Shown: positions 35,623 to 46,134, numbered from the stretch's first letter. The stretch: DNA of 64,000 nt from Dehalococcoidia bacterium (GCA_012959605.1 DUCU01000085.1:20177-84176), one strand, 5' to 3'. The notes: generated from the letters alone by a model not told the origin. Translations and numbers: made by a program.

Positions 35623-36474
35623 ATGTCTGTTGGCGTAATAATTCCTCTGCCGGCTTACACCTTGAATCCAGCATTCATCGCCAAGAAAGCGGAAGACCTC
35701 GGGTTTGAGTCTATCTGGTACCACGAACATCCGGTGTTGCCAGTGGCAAGCCAAAGTTCATTCCCGGCCACCGGAGGCGAGATTCCTTGGACTTATGCCC
35801 ATTTTTCAGAGCCTTATATCTCGTTGGCGATGGCGGCAGCGGTAACTAGCAAGATCAAGTTGGCCACCGGAATAACATTGGTGCCAGAACGAAATCCGCT
35901 GATACTGGCCAAAGAGATTTCTGTGCTAGACCTGCACAGCGGCGGCCGGTTCATCTTCGGAATCGGGGCCGGCTGGAACCGAGAAGAGACGACAATGATG
36001 GGCGGAGACTTCGATCACCGGTGGACCCAAACGCGTGAGGCAGTGGAAGCGCTGAAAGAACTGTGGACCAAAGACGAGGCCGAATACCATGGTCGTTACT
36101 ATGACTTTCCTCCCGTCTACAGTTATCCTAAGCCGCTCCAAAAGCCCCATCCGCCAGTCCTGTTGGGCGGTAATGCCAAGAATGTCCTGCGAAGGGTCGC
36201 CACTTGGGGCGATGGTTGGTTACCGAACAGAGCGACCGCCAGTCAGATTGAAGAAAGCAGGAAAATCTTGGATACATTGGCTTCGGAGCGTGACCGGGAC
36301 CCTACGTCATTGACCATCTCGGTTTTCGGTCAACCCACTGACACCACCAGGCAGCAAGTGGATGATTTTATTAACGCTGGGGCTCTTAGAGTGTCAGCCT
36401 GGGCACCGCATTGCGAGACCGAAAAAGAAATGGAAAATGAGCTGGAGCGAATGTCCGAAACGATGATTCGGTAG
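35623..36474 (+). CDS. LLM-class (luciferase-like) F420/flavin-dependent oxidoreductase
   Basis: 283-aa ORF with AEDLGFESIWYHEH, LDLHSGGRFIFGIGAGW and PHPPVLLGG. Confidence 0.8.
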   Translation: MSVGVIIPLPAYTLNPAFIAKKAEDLGFESIWYHEHPVLPVASQSSFPATGGEIPWTYAHFSEPYISLAMAAAVTSKIKLATGITLVPERNPLILAKEISVLDLHSGGRFIFGIGAGWNREETTMMGGDFDHRWTQTREAVEALKELWTKDEAEYHGRYYDFPPVYSYPKPLQKPHPPVLLGGNAKNVLRRVATWGDGWLPNRATASQIEESRKILDTLASERDRDPTSLTISVFGQPTDTTRQQVDDFINAGALRVSAWAPHCETEKEMENELERMSETMIR

Positions 36475-36499
36475 TCGACACTGTCAGGTTATGTAATTG

Positions 36500-38071
36500 C
36501 TAGTCACGGCCGTGGCGCAAGGCCCTTCCTGCCAAGGCTCCGGTGTGTTGGCCTTGGTCTACCACAACCTTGCCGTTGACCAGAACGTAATCGATGCCCA
36601 CCGGATATTGCTTGGGATTTTGGAGCGTGGCCGGAGAACTCACGGTATCCGGGTCAAACACCACGATGTCCGCCTTCATTCCATCGCGTAACATTCCACG
36701 GTCGCGAATATCCAGTCGGTGGGCGGCCATAGAGGTCATCTTTCGGATGGCCTCTTCAAGGGTCAATCTGCCTTCTTCACGCACGTAATCCGCCAGTATC
36801 GTAGGGAAAGTCCCGTAGCTGCGCGGGTTGGGGTATTCACCTAGTAGTACCGCATCGGTGCCGATCATTGTTCTGGCGTGGGTTATAAAATCTGGGAGCG
36901 TTGTCAGGCTGGGTCCCGGTGAAACATAGGAGATCTGCAGGTCTTCGTCCAAAAGCAGGTCGCAGATGGTGTCGACCTCGCCCTTTTTCATCATCTCCGC
37001 TGCTTCAGCCAACGACTTGCCTTCAAATCTTAGGTTGTGGGGCTGCTTAAAGTTGGTCATCATCAGCTCAGTAAACGACCCACTGCGAGGGCGAATTTCC
37101 TGCCTAAGACGTTCTCGGCCTTCATCGGAGCGTATTATTGCCTTGAGTTTTTCCGGTCCGCCGTTAAATGCCCATGATGGGATCAATATCAGGAGTCGTG
37201 TGCTGCTATAGCCGTAATGAAAACAGTCCATGGTCACGTCTTGACCTTGGCCAACCGCTCCATCAACCAATTCCAGTAGCCGCTTGGCGCTCCCAGAATG
37301 GGTCAACTTCTGGTAGAAGTGGGTCAAATGACAGGGAATTTCCCCCCGCTGCCCAATCTCCAACGCCTCTTTTACTGGGTCCAAGAACTGGTCGCCCAGT
37401 GTATTGCGCAGGTGGGTGTGGTAGATGCCACCATAACGGCCCGCAACCTGTGCCAATTCCACCAGCTCGTTGGTGTCTGCGTAGCTGCCCGGCGGGTAGT
37501 CGAGCCCAGTGGATAGACCAAAAGCGCCATCCTCCATGCCCTCGCGCAGCATGGAGCGCATGTTCGCGATCTCAGAGTCGCTGGCCGGTTTTTCGTCCCA
37601 ACCCACGGCAGATATGCGTAGAGGCGAGTTCCCAATGACATAGGCGATGTTCACGGCCACGGTGCCGTCGAACATGTTCAAGTACTCAGCAACCGTGGAC
37701 CAATTTCCCGGCAATTCAGGTGCGCCGTCCAGGCCCGAATTCAGCTCGAAGAAGGCCAGAAAATCATCGTGGGACGTAAAGGGCGCATAGGAGTTGCCGT
37801 CAACACCGACGAGTTCTGTGGTGATACCCTGACGCACCTTTGGGTGGTGTTCCGGTTCGGCTAATATCATCAGACCGGAGTGGGCGTGCACATCAATGAA
37901 CCCGGGGCAGACCACTTTCCGTTTTGCGTCAATGACCCGTGTCGCCTCCACGTCGTTTAAGGCGCCTCGGAAGATGCTGATCGTATCTCCTGACACGCCC
38001 ACGGATCCGTAGAATCCAGGATTGCCGGTGCCGTCCACTATGATCCCATTGTTAATCAGAAGGTCTAACAA
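36500..38071 (-). CDS. D-aminoacylase (N-acyl-D-amino-acid deacylase) family amidohydrolase
   Basis: 523-aa ORF. The N-terminus is LLINNGIIVDGTGNPGFYGSVGVSGDTI...CPGFIDVHAHS, and the C-terminus ADIVVFDPDTV is typical of this family. TTG start. Confidence 0.8.
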   Translation of the reverse strand: MLDLLINNGIIVDGTGNPGFYGSVGVSGDTISIFRGALNDVEATRVIDAKRKVVCPGFIDVHAHSGLMILAEPEHHPKVRQGITTELVGVDGNSYAPFTSHDDFLAFFELNSGLDGAPELPGNWSTVAEYLNMFDGTVAVNIAYVIGNSPLRISAVGWDEKPASDSEIANMRSMLREGMEDGAFGLSTGLDYPPGSYADTNELVELAQVAGRYGGIYHTHLRNTLGDQFLDPVKEALEIGQRGEIPCHLTHFYQKLTHSGSAKRLLELVDGAVGQGQDVTMDCFHYGYSSTRLLILIPSWAFNGGPEKLKAIIRSDEGRERLRQEIRPRSGSFTELMMTNFKQPHNLRFEGKSLAEAAEMMKKGEVDTICDLLLDEDLQISYVSPGPSLTTLPDFITHARTMIGTDAVLLGEYPNPRSYGTFPTILADYVREEGRLTLEEAIRKMTSMAAHRLDIRDRGMLRDGMKADIVVFDPDTVSSPATLQNPKQYPVGIDYVLVNGKVVVDQGQHTGALAGRALRHGRD

Positions 38072-38334
38072 TTATTACCTCTCTTATTAGCTGCCGTTGC
38101 GCGAACTACTCTACATGATTATAGAAGTTGGATAACCATCGAGATTACCGCCATTAACAAGATGCTGCACGAGAATAGCGACGGACATGTTCGTAGTAGA
38201 ATCCGCACCACGGCGAACTTACTGTGGGAGGGGTAGTGGCGGCCATGGGCAGGCAGAAAGTGGACCGGCGGTTTAAACTGATGCGGAAACGCAGAAGATA
38301 AAGCCCGTGAGATTCACCAAGCAGAAATGAGAAG

Positions 38335-40032
38335 GTGACGATGACATTGAGGGACACTGGTAAAGCTGACATCATCTTGCATGCTGGTAAAGTTATAACC
38401 GTTGGCAATGACGACCGAATCGAACAGGCCGTGGCCGTACGCGGTGAGCTTATTCAGGCCGTTGGTAGTGATCAAGACGTGCTTGCCTTGGCCGGCCCTG
38501 ACACCCAAGTCATAGATCTGCGGGGGCGGACGGTCATCCCTGGGATCATCGATATACACGCCCACATGGACCGGGAAGGATTAAAGCGAATCTACCCCTC
38601 TCTTGAAGGCGCAACGTCGATACCTGAAATCCTCAGCCTGATAAAGCAGCAAGTAGACCAGAAGCGCCCCGGTGAATGGGTCACAACCATGCCAGTGGGT
38701 GATCCGCCCAATTATGCCGATATGCCCGCCAACCTTCAGGAAGGGCGTTTCCCCGACAGATGGGACCTCGATAAAGTATCGCCGAACAACCCTGTTTATA
38801 TCCGGGGTACATGGACACCCTGGAATGTCCCTCCGTCAGTGGCGATTGCCAACAGTATGGCATTACAACTGGCTGGCATCGATCGGAATACCCAGTCGCC
38901 CGACTCAAGCGTGACCATAGATCACGACGATTCAGGTGAACCAACCGGCATATTGAGAGACTCGGAGAGGTTTCCATCGTTGGAATTCACTCTGATGAAG
39001 GTTGTGCCTAGGTTCACTCAAGAACAACGGGTGGCTGCCTTGAAAGAGTCGATGCAACTCTACAACTCGGTGGGAACAACTGGCACCTATGAAGGCCACG
39101 GTGTAGCTCCGGAGGTGATGCGAGCCTACAAAGAAGTTTGGGATGCCAACGAGATGACGGTCCGGGCCCATCTGGTGTTGAGTCCCGAATGGAAAACTGT
39201 CGCCGGTGCGGCTAAAGAGATGGAACGCTGGGCGCATGCGGCTTCCGGCCAGGGATTTGGCGATGGGATGCTTCGCGTTAGCGGCTACTACTTATCCCAC
39301 CGTGGCAACAAATACACCGCGCGTGCTAGGTCAGCAGAGCTTCCATTCACCGGCTGGGCGGGTTTTGCTGAAAGCTACAATTCGCCTGCTAAATTTCATC
39401 AATTGGCCCTGTTGGCAGCCAAGCACAACCTGCGGGTCAATACCATTGTTGCCCGCGGACTGGGTGAAGTGTTAGACATATTCCAGGAAGTGAATCGGGA
39501 GATTCCAATCGGCGACAAGCGTTGGACGATCGGCCATGTGGTTGAGACATCCGCCGAGGAATTAAAGGTCATCCGGGAGTTGGGCCTAATCATTGAGACT
39601 ATCCCCCTGACTCATCTGTGGCTGCGCGGCGGCCAGTTTGTGAAAGACTCCGCCAGGGCCGACAAAGCCGTGGCCCACAAAGATTACCTGGACCAAGGCG
39701 TACGATTTGGCATGGGCACGGACAACAAACCGTACAGTCCGTTCCCTACGATATGGGCAGCGGTTGCCCGACAGGAGCGCACAACCAACGAAGTGATTGG
39801 ACCAAACCAATGTCTGACCCGGATGGAAGCATTGCGCGCAATCACCATGGGCGGCGCTTATTTCTCATTTGAAGAGAATCGTCGGGGTTCACTGGAGCTG
39901 GGTAAACTCGCCGACGTTGCGGTGCTATCCGGCGACTACTTGGACATACCGGAAGACGAGATACCCGACTTGAACTCGGTGCTGACTATGCTTGGCGGGC
40001 GTGTTGTTCACTCTTCCGGCTTGCTTGAATAA
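38335..40032 (+). CDS. amidohydrolase_3 family protein (YtcJ-like metal-dependent hydrolase)
   Basis: 565-aa ORF with ADIILHAGKVITV...AVAVRGELIQAVG...TVIPGIIDIHAHMD and C-terminal LADVAVLSGDYL. ATG 38341 behind GAAGGTGA is an equally likely start. Confidence 0.75.
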   Translation: MTMTLRDTGKADIILHAGKVITVGNDDRIEQAVAVRGELIQAVGSDQDVLALAGPDTQVIDLRGRTVIPGIIDIHAHMDREGLKRIYPSLEGATSIPEILSLIKQQVDQKRPGEWVTTMPVGDPPNYADMPANLQEGRFPDRWDLDKVSPNNPVYIRGTWTPWNVPPSVAIANSMALQLAGIDRNTQSPDSSVTIDHDDSGEPTGILRDSERFPSLEFTLMKVVPRFTQEQRVAALKESMQLYNSVGTTGTYEGHGVAPEVMRAYKEVWDANEMTVRAHLVLSPEWKTVAGAAKEMERWAHAASGQGFGDGMLRVSGYYLSHRGNKYTARARSAELPFTGWAGFAESYNSPAKFHQLALLAAKHNLRVNTIVARGLGEVLDIFQEVNREIPIGDKRWTIGHVVETSAEELKVIRELGLIIETIPLTHLWLRGGQFVKDSARADKAVAHKDYLDQGVRFGMGTDNKPYSPFPTIWAAVARQERTTNEVIGPNQCLTRMEALRAITMGGAYFSFEENRRGSLELGKLADVAVLSGDYLDIPEDEIPDLNSVLTMLGGRVVHSSGLLE

Positions 40033-40098
40033 AGGGCCGGGTTGTTGAGTCCCTTGGGAATCCCGAAGAGAATGCGCTTACTGGAATTGGAGAAGTGA

Positions 40099-42159
40099 AT
40101 GACTGATCGTGTGCCGTCCGCCCCAAAAAGACCTCAAGAAATAACGAACCACGGGGATGTTAGGAATGACCCGTGGTTTTGGCTCCGTGATATCGATGAC
40201 CCAGAAACCATGGAGTATCTCAATGCTGAGAATGCCTATACCGAAGCGATTTTGGAACCTGAGAATGCGCTTCGAGAAACCCTATTCGATGAGATGCGAG
40301 CTCGGATAAAAGAAGACGATTCCACCGTTCCCCAAAAGGACGGGGATTATTACTACTACACCCGCTTTGAAGAGGGCAATCAATACGCCATAGTTTGTCG
40401 CAAGTATTTTTCGTTGGATGCGGACGAAGAAGTCATTCTAGACGTAAATGAACTTGCGAAAGACCTAGATTACTGCCGCGTTGGCAGTTTGGAGAACAGC
40501 CCCGACCATAAATTGTTGGCTTATTCAATGGACTCTGACGGCTCAGAGATTTACACCATCTACGTCAAGAATCTGGAGACTGGCGAACTGCTGCCAGATG
40601 CCATCACCAACTCCTACTACTCCCTGGAATGGGCCAACGATAGCAAGACCCTGTTCTATGACGTTCTGGACGAAAACCACCGGCCAGTTAAGGTGTTCAA
40701 ACATCGTCTGGGGGACGATCCGTCGGCGGACGAACTGGTCTACCAGGAGATGGATGAGCGTTTCTTCGTCGGGGCGATGAAATCGTCCAGCAATCGTTTT
40801 ATCTTCGTGGCTGCCTCAGGAAACAACATGTCAGAGTGGCGTTTCATAGAAGCCGATAATTCGGGTTCTGCGTTGACGTTGATTGAGACACGCCGTGAGG
40901 GGTTTGAATACGATGTAGAACACCACGGCGATCGGTTCCTAATCCGCCACAATAGCGGAGATGCCAAGGACTTCCAGGTCTCAGAAACACCGATAGCGAC
41001 GCCCGCAGAGGAGAATTGGCAGGACTTGATACCTCACGTGCTGGGTCATCCCATCGGAGGTATCACCGTTACCCGAGACCACTTGATTCTTTCAAGTCGT
41101 GATGACGGGTTGCCTCAGATTCGTGTGATTGAACACGCCACTGGGAATTCCTTCGATATTCCTTTCGATGAAGAAGACTATTTTGTGGGGGTTATGGAAG
41201 GTCGGGAATGGGAGACTTCAACACTACGGTTTTCCTATTCCTCGATGACTACTCCAGCGACGATCTACGACTACAACATTGAAACGCACGAGCGGGAGTT
41301 GAAGAAACAAACCGAGGTTTTGGGAGATTTCTCCTCGGATAAATACCGGACTAGTAGGATCCTAGCGCCGGCAGAAGATGGAACTCTGATCCCGATTTCG
41401 ATCCTCTATTCAGAGGACACTCCTCTCGACGGTTCGGCGCCGCTTTATCTGTATGGATATGGGTCGTACGGCATCGTCGTCGATTCCAATTTCGGCTCGG
41501 CTCGGCTGAGTCTGGTGGACCGCGGGTTTATCTTTGCCGTGGCCCACATCCGCGGCGGGATGGACTTAGGATGGGACTGGTATGAAGATGGAAAACTGCT
41601 TAAAAAGCGGAATACTTTTACTGATTTCATTGCCTGCGCCGAGTATTTGGTCGACCAGAACTACACAGAGAAAGGTCGAATCATTGCCTCCGGTGGCAGT
41701 GCCGGCGGCATGCTCATGGGAGCGGTGGTCAACCTTCGCCCTGACTTGTTCAAGGCGGTGGTCGCCGATGTTCCCTTCGTGGACGTTCTGAACACAATGC
41801 TGGATGACACTCTTCCATTGACCACAATGGAGTACAACGAATGGGGCAACCCCAACGAGAAGGATTTCTATGATTACATGAAATCTTATTCACCCTACGA
41901 CAATGTGCAGCGCCAAGATTACCCTCACATGCTAATCACTGGGGGTATCAGCGATCCAAGGGTGACCTACTGGGAGCCGGCTAAATGGACCGCTCGCCTG
42001 CGGGACACCAAGACCGACGACAACCTACTGTTGTTGAAGATTCACATGGAATCGGGGCACGGTGGAGCGTCGGGCCGGTTTGATCGACTGAAAGAAGTAG
42101 CGCTGGAATACGCCTTCGCCTTGAAAGTCTTTGGAATGAGCGAAACGACAAAACAATAA
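40099..42159 (+). CDS. ptrB: S9 family serine peptidase, oligopeptidase B-like
   Basis: 686-aa ORF. The N-terminus is HGDVRNDPWFWLRD...YLNAENAYT. The catalytic Ser context is GGSAGGMLMG, and the C-terminal segment is GHGG. The symbol is tentative. Confidence 0.75.
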   Translation: MTDRVPSAPKRPQEITNHGDVRNDPWFWLRDIDDPETMEYLNAENAYTEAILEPENALRETLFDEMRARIKEDDSTVPQKDGDYYYYTRFEEGNQYAIVCRKYFSLDADEEVILDVNELAKDLDYCRVGSLENSPDHKLLAYSMDSDGSEIYTIYVKNLETGELLPDAITNSYYSLEWANDSKTLFYDVLDENHRPVKVFKHRLGDDPSADELVYQEMDERFFVGAMKSSSNRFIFVAASGNNMSEWRFIEADNSGSALTLIETRREGFEYDVEHHGDRFLIRHNSGDAKDFQVSETPIATPAEENWQDLIPHVLGHPIGGITVTRDHLILSSRDDGLPQIRVIEHATGNSFDIPFDEEDYFVGVMEGREWETSTLRFSYSSMTTPATIYDYNIETHERELKKQTEVLGDFSSDKYRTSRILAPAEDGTLIPISILYSEDTPLDGSAPLYLYGYGSYGIVVDSNFGSARLSLVDRGFIFAVAHIRGGMDLGWDWYEDGKLLKKRNTFTDFIACAEYLVDQNYTEKGRIIASGGSAGGMLMGAVVNLRPDLFKAVVADVPFVDVLNTMLDDTLPLTTMEYNEWGNPNEKDFYDYMKSYSPYDNVQRQDYPHMLITGGISDPRVTYWEPAKWTARLRDTKTDDNLLLLKIHMESGHGGASGRFDRLKEVALEYAFALKVFGMSETTKQ

Positions 42160-42174
42160 ACCGAGGGATATCTA

Positions 42175-42538
42175 ATGGTACAAATCGTAACGGTCTACCC
42201 GGGTGCCGACGGCGGATCACGTCTTGCTGACGTGTCCATGGATCAGTTCTCTGAGATCATCCAAAACATCGGAGAAGGCCCCAAACAGGCTGAATCAAAG
42301 CCCTTCCTATTCTGAATCCGATTACCACACCGCCTCCCGCCTCCAATAGGTTATGTATCTGGAAGGAATCTCCGAGATTGAAATTGCCGATGGCATGTCC
42401 AAACAACTGCACCCAGGAGATATCCTGGTCGCTCAGGACACCACTGGACACGGGCACATCACCCGGAGAATCGGAGACGGGCTCCGAATTTCGATAAACG
42501 CTCCATTGGAAGACGGCCCCTGGCTCCCAAATCCGTAA
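42175..42538 (+). pseudogene. small cupin-like protein disrupted by a frameshift and an in-frame TAG
   Basis: Frame 1 from ATG 42175 (GAGGGA RBS) ends at TGA 42313. Frame 2 continues SESDYHTASRLQ-TAG(42347)-VMYLEGISEIEIADG..PGDILVAQDTTGHGHITR. Read together they look like one about 120-aa cupin-type gene with two lesions. Confidence 0.5.
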
Positions 42539-42574
42539 ACTGTCAGACGATTCTGTTTTTAGGAAGGTTCACTA

Positions 42575-43429
42575 TTGGCTAGAACGACGATCGAAAACAA
42601 TGTCATCGCCTACCTTGATAATGACGACAGCCCCGATATTACCAACCCGATTCACTCCACTGAAATTGCCAAAGCCTACGGGTTTGACGGCCCACTTGTG
42701 GGCGGAGTCACGGTGTGGGGATGGGCGACTGACACAATCATGGAGGCCTTGGGCGAAGGCTGGCTGGATCAGGGTTGGGCCGAGTATTTGTTCCGGCAAC
42801 CCACCTATCCAGGTGACTCGCTTACGGTGAAAGCGGTGCTGAATGAAGACGTACCTCTTGCATCCTGGAGCGTTGAAATGATCAATAAATCCGGTGATGT
42901 ATGCGTGACCGGCACGGTCGGACTCGGAAAAGCGGAATGGCTCCAGGAGCTTAAACTCCCAGGCTCAATGGGCGCTTCGAGCGAGCCGGAGAACAAAGGC
43001 CCTCTGACCCTTGAGAACGCGGAGATTGGGAAGGATTGGTTGGCGGCGGAGCTTGGTTTTTCAGAGGAGGAATCCACAGAGTTCATCGCAAAAAAACAGC
43101 ATACCGACAACCCGTTATTTCTCGGTGGCAACGGAATTGCACATCCTTCTTGGACTGCCGGGTGGGCCGAGAAGCTGTTGCGGCACAATTTTGAGATACC
43201 AAGCTCCATGCATACGAAAAGCCGCGTTCAGCACCACGCCAGGATACCGATTGGAACCTCAGTGATTGGAGGCGCTCACCTGATTGATGCCTACGAGCGG
43301 AAGGCCCATCATTTTGCGAACTATGATGTCCTCTTGGCCGATAATGAAGGCAACCGATTGGCCCAACTACGCCATTGGACCATCTTTAAGATTGCCACCA
43401 TGGAAGAGCGAGCAAAGCTAGCGGATTAA
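42575..43429 (+). CDS. MaoC-like/hotdog-fold (double hotdog) dehydratase-family protein
   Basis: 284-aa ORF with two hotdog-like halves (..GPLVGGVTVWGW...FRQPTYPGDSL.. and ..IAHPSW...HHARIPIGTSV..). The assignment is from pattern only. TTG start behind AGGAAGG. Confidence 0.5.
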   Translation: MARTTIENNVIAYLDNDDSPDITNPIHSTEIAKAYGFDGPLVGGVTVWGWATDTIMEALGEGWLDQGWAEYLFRQPTYPGDSLTVKAVLNEDVPLASWSVEMINKSGDVCVTGTVGLGKAEWLQELKLPGSMGASSEPENKGPLTLENAEIGKDWLAAELGFSEEESTEFIAKKQHTDNPLFLGGNGIAHPSWTAGWAEKLLRHNFEIPSSMHTKSRVQHHARIPIGTSVIGGAHLIDAYERKAHHFANYDVLLADNEGNRLAQLRHWTIFKIATMEERAKLAD

Positions 43430-43472
43430 ATCGTTCCGTGACTGAAGATTGAGTTCTGAAGGAAGTAACACA

Positions 43473-44414
43473 GTGAAGATTGGCATGTCGTTGACGTCGA
43501 GCTATCCCGTCGACCAAGACAGCGCTCAGATAATGGCAAACTTGATTGAAGAAGTCAGGCTGATGGCCGAACTCGGGTTCGACTCCTTCTCATTGGGAGA
43601 CCACCACCTGACCTCTAACCATTACCTGCAGGTATTGCCCACGATGTCCAGTCTTTCCCCCATCAGCGGGAGGATGCGCCTATTACCGCTGTTCCTGCTG
43701 CCCTTTTATAACCCAATATTGCTTGCTGAGCAGTTGGCCACACTCGACGTCATCAGCGGTGGAAAGACCACCGTGATTGCTGGTCTGGGTTACGACCCGG
43801 CGGCCTTTACCGCCTTTCAAACTACCCAGAGCGCGAGGGTTTCCAGGTTCGTTGAGACGTTAGAAATCATGAAGCTGTTGTGGGAGGGCGACGCTGTTAC
43901 CTACCAAGGCCGCCATTATTCCATCGACGTTCCTGTAGAAATGAACCCAAAGCCCATATCTCGGCCGCTGCCCACGTGGATTGCAGGAGGGGCGGTGCCA
44001 GCCATCGAGAGGGCAGCGAAGATGGCTGATGGATGGGTGATTGCTCCCGGCTCGACTCCGAAGACGGCAAAAGAAGGGATTGCTGAATACAAGGGAGCGC
44101 TGGAAAAACTGGGACGTGATGTGGCGGATATGAGCATCGTATTAAGGCGTGACGCGCACTTGAGTCCTATGTCTGCTGCTGGTCACCGGGAGGCCCAAAC
44201 GCTCTTAGAAAATGGCTACCGTGGTTTCGGAGCCACGGAGTTGGAAGAATCACTGGTGGTCGGTGGCCCTGATGACTGCATCAAATACCTGGAAGAGATG
44301 CAGTCCGCAGGCGTAACTGAGGTGTTATTCCGGTGCGCTCTCGACGAACGTGAGCTGGCGTTACAGACCATCACAACCATCGGCAAAGAGGTTATACCAC
44401 ATTTCAGGCGCTAG
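43473..44414 (+). CDS. LLM-class (luciferase-like) flavin-dependent oxidoreductase
   Basis: VKIGMSLTSS..., AELGFDSFSLGDHH, LDVISGGKTTVIAGLGY and the C-terminal TIM-barrel pattern. The start is placed at GTG 43473 behind GAAGGAAG; the ORF track start is 43449. Confidence 0.75.
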   Translation: MKIGMSLTSSYPVDQDSAQIMANLIEEVRLMAELGFDSFSLGDHHLTSNHYLQVLPTMSSLSPISGRMRLLPLFLLPFYNPILLAEQLATLDVISGGKTTVIAGLGYDPAAFTAFQTTQSARVSRFVETLEIMKLLWEGDAVTYQGRHYSIDVPVEMNPKPISRPLPTWIAGGAVPAIERAAKMADGWVIAPGSTPKTAKEGIAEYKGALEKLGRDVADMSIVLRRDAHLSPMSAAGHREAQTLLENGYRGFGATELEESLVVGGPDDCIKYLEEMQSAGVTEVLFRCALDERELALQTITTIGKEVIPHFRR

Positions 44415-44450
44415 CCAACTTGGGGCTCGTGAGGCTGCGAATCCCTAACG

Positions 44451-44933
44451 TTACTTGGATGGCACGAACAGCGGAAGCACCACGTTGGGCTCATCAACGG
44501 TGGGCATGAAGGTAACCTGCACCGGCATGTTGACGTAGATGTCTTCCGGCGCAATGTTCAGCACATTGCTACACACTCGCAGACCCTCTTGCTCTTCCAG
44601 CTCGATGAGGGAAATGTTGTAGGGCACCTGGTCCTTTTCCCTAATGGCGGGATGGACTGGATTCCGAACGACCACGAAGGAATAAACGACCCCTTTTCCA
44701 CTGACCCTGGTCCATAGGTATTCCAGAGAATGGCAGTGGGGGCACATTGGGGTCGGCAAGTGCCGGAACATCTCACATGCAGAACACTTTTGGATTCGGA
44801 GTTCGTTGTTGTGGGTAGCCTCCCAGAACCCCCGTTCGTAGTCGGGGAGTCGGTCCAAATCCGGAAGTGGTATTCCCTCCAGAGGCCCGGTCATCGGACG
44901 CGATTTTATGGTCTGATCTTGTTGCTGCGTCAT
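44451..44933 (-). CDS. DUF35 Zn-ribbon/OB-fold protein (thiolase-associated)
   Basis: 160-aa ORF. FWEATHNNELRIQKCSACEMFRHLPTPMCPHCHS has a four-Cys ribbon and is followed by an OB-fold segment. It lies 4 nt downstream of the thiolase-like gene. Confidence 0.8.
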   Translation of the reverse strand: MTQQQDQTIKSRPMTGPLEGIPLPDLDRLPDYERGFWEATHNNELRIQKCSACEMFRHLPTPMCPHCHSLEYLWTRVSGKGVVYSFVVVRNPVHPAIREKDQVPYNISLIELEEQEGLRVCSNVLNIAPEDIYVNMPVQVTFMPTVDEPNVVLPLFVPSK

Positions 44934-44937
44934 GAAT

Positions 44938-46122
44938 CTATCCCCTGCGGATGATTACGGCTGCGCTCAGTTGGGCAACGCTGCTGCATGAGAGAACTCG
45001 GTTGATGGTCTTGTTGGGCGGCTGGGCGGTGGATGTACCCCGGATCAGCCGCACCGCTTCCTGGGTGTGGGTGAGGCCATGGATGTAGGCCTCGGAGTGG
45101 TTGCCGCCATGGGTGTTTGTCGGCAACATACCGTCGAACCTGATGTTATGTCCCCCTTGCACGAAGTCCTTGGCCTCGCCGAATGGCACGAAGCCGTAGG
45201 CCTCTAGATTGAACAGGCAGAACGGAGTGAAGTGGTCATAGAACATCAGGGCATCCATGTCTTTTGGCCCAAGATTGGCCCTGGCCCAGAGGTCTCTGGC
45301 AGTGTTTACCGACTCCGACATGGCAATGTCGGGGCGGTAGATAACTCCCTCATTCAGAGGCCCTGAGCCTTGGGCAGCGGCCTCAACCAGTGTCAGAGTA
45401 TCAGCGTGACGGAGGTTTTTCGCACGGTCTGGCGTGGTCATCACGATGGCCGCAGCTCCGTCGTTCTCCTGGCAGATGTCCAGCAGATGCAGCGGATCCA
45501 CCACCATGCGGGAGTTCTGGTGGTCATCCAGAGTGATTGGGGTTCTGCGAAGGGCGCGTGGGTTGCGTGAGGCGTGCTCACGCAACGTCACGGCTACCCA
45601 GCCAAAATGCTCGCTCGTGGCCCCGTACTCATGCATGTAGCGACGAACAAACAGGCTGAACTGATGTGCTGGAGCCATGCTGCCAAATGGAGCTGCGAAG
45701 ACTCCCTGGCCTCCAGCGATTCGACTGGGGTTTCTGGCTTGACCCAGCCTCAATTGAGACCGCAGATTGGCAGCGCGGAAGCAGACAACGTAGTTGCAAT
45801 ATCCGGCAGAGATAGCAGCAGCGGCATGGCCCACCACGGCGTTGCCCGCCCCCCCGCCGTAGGAAACAGACTCCCAATGGCGCAAGTTCTTGATGCCCAG
45901 CGACTGCACCACCATCGTTTCCAGATTGGTGTCCATCTCGTACCGGACCAGGCCGTCTATGTCGTGGGGTGATATGCCAGCGTCGTCGCAGGCTGCCTTG
46001 ATCGCCTCGGATGCAAGCTGAAGTTCACTTCGTCCGGAGTCAAAAGAAAACTCGGTCTCGCCAATGCCAATGATGGCAGCCTTGTCCCTGATTCCGTTAA
46101 CGTCTGCGGAGTTTGTCGTCAC
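44938..46122 (-). CDS. thiolase-like protein (SCP-x/Ltp-type, non-acetoacetyl thiolase clade)
   Basis: 394-aa ORF with a thiolase-fold pattern (..GGGAGNAVVGHAAAAI.., ..NTHGGNHSEAYIHG..). Pairing with a DUF35 gene is typical. Confidence 0.75.
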   Translation of the reverse strand: MTTNSADVNGIRDKAAIIGIGETEFSFDSGRSELQLASEAIKAACDDAGISPHDIDGLVRYEMDTNLETMVVQSLGIKNLRHWESVSYGGGAGNAVVGHAAAAISAGYCNYVVCFRAANLRSQLRLGQARNPSRIAGGQGVFAAPFGSMAPAHQFSLFVRRYMHEYGATSEHFGWVAVTLREHASRNPRALRRTPITLDDHQNSRMVVDPLHLLDICQENDGAAAIVMTTPDRAKNLRHADTLTLVEAAAQGSGPLNEGVIYRPDIAMSESVNTARDLWARANLGPKDMDALMFYDHFTPFCLFNLEAYGFVPFGEAKDFVQGGHNIRFDGMLPTNTHGGNHSEAYIHGLTHTQEAVRLIRGTSTAQPPNKTINRVLSCSSVAQLSAAVIIRRG

Positions 46123-46134
46123 TTTCAGCCCCTC

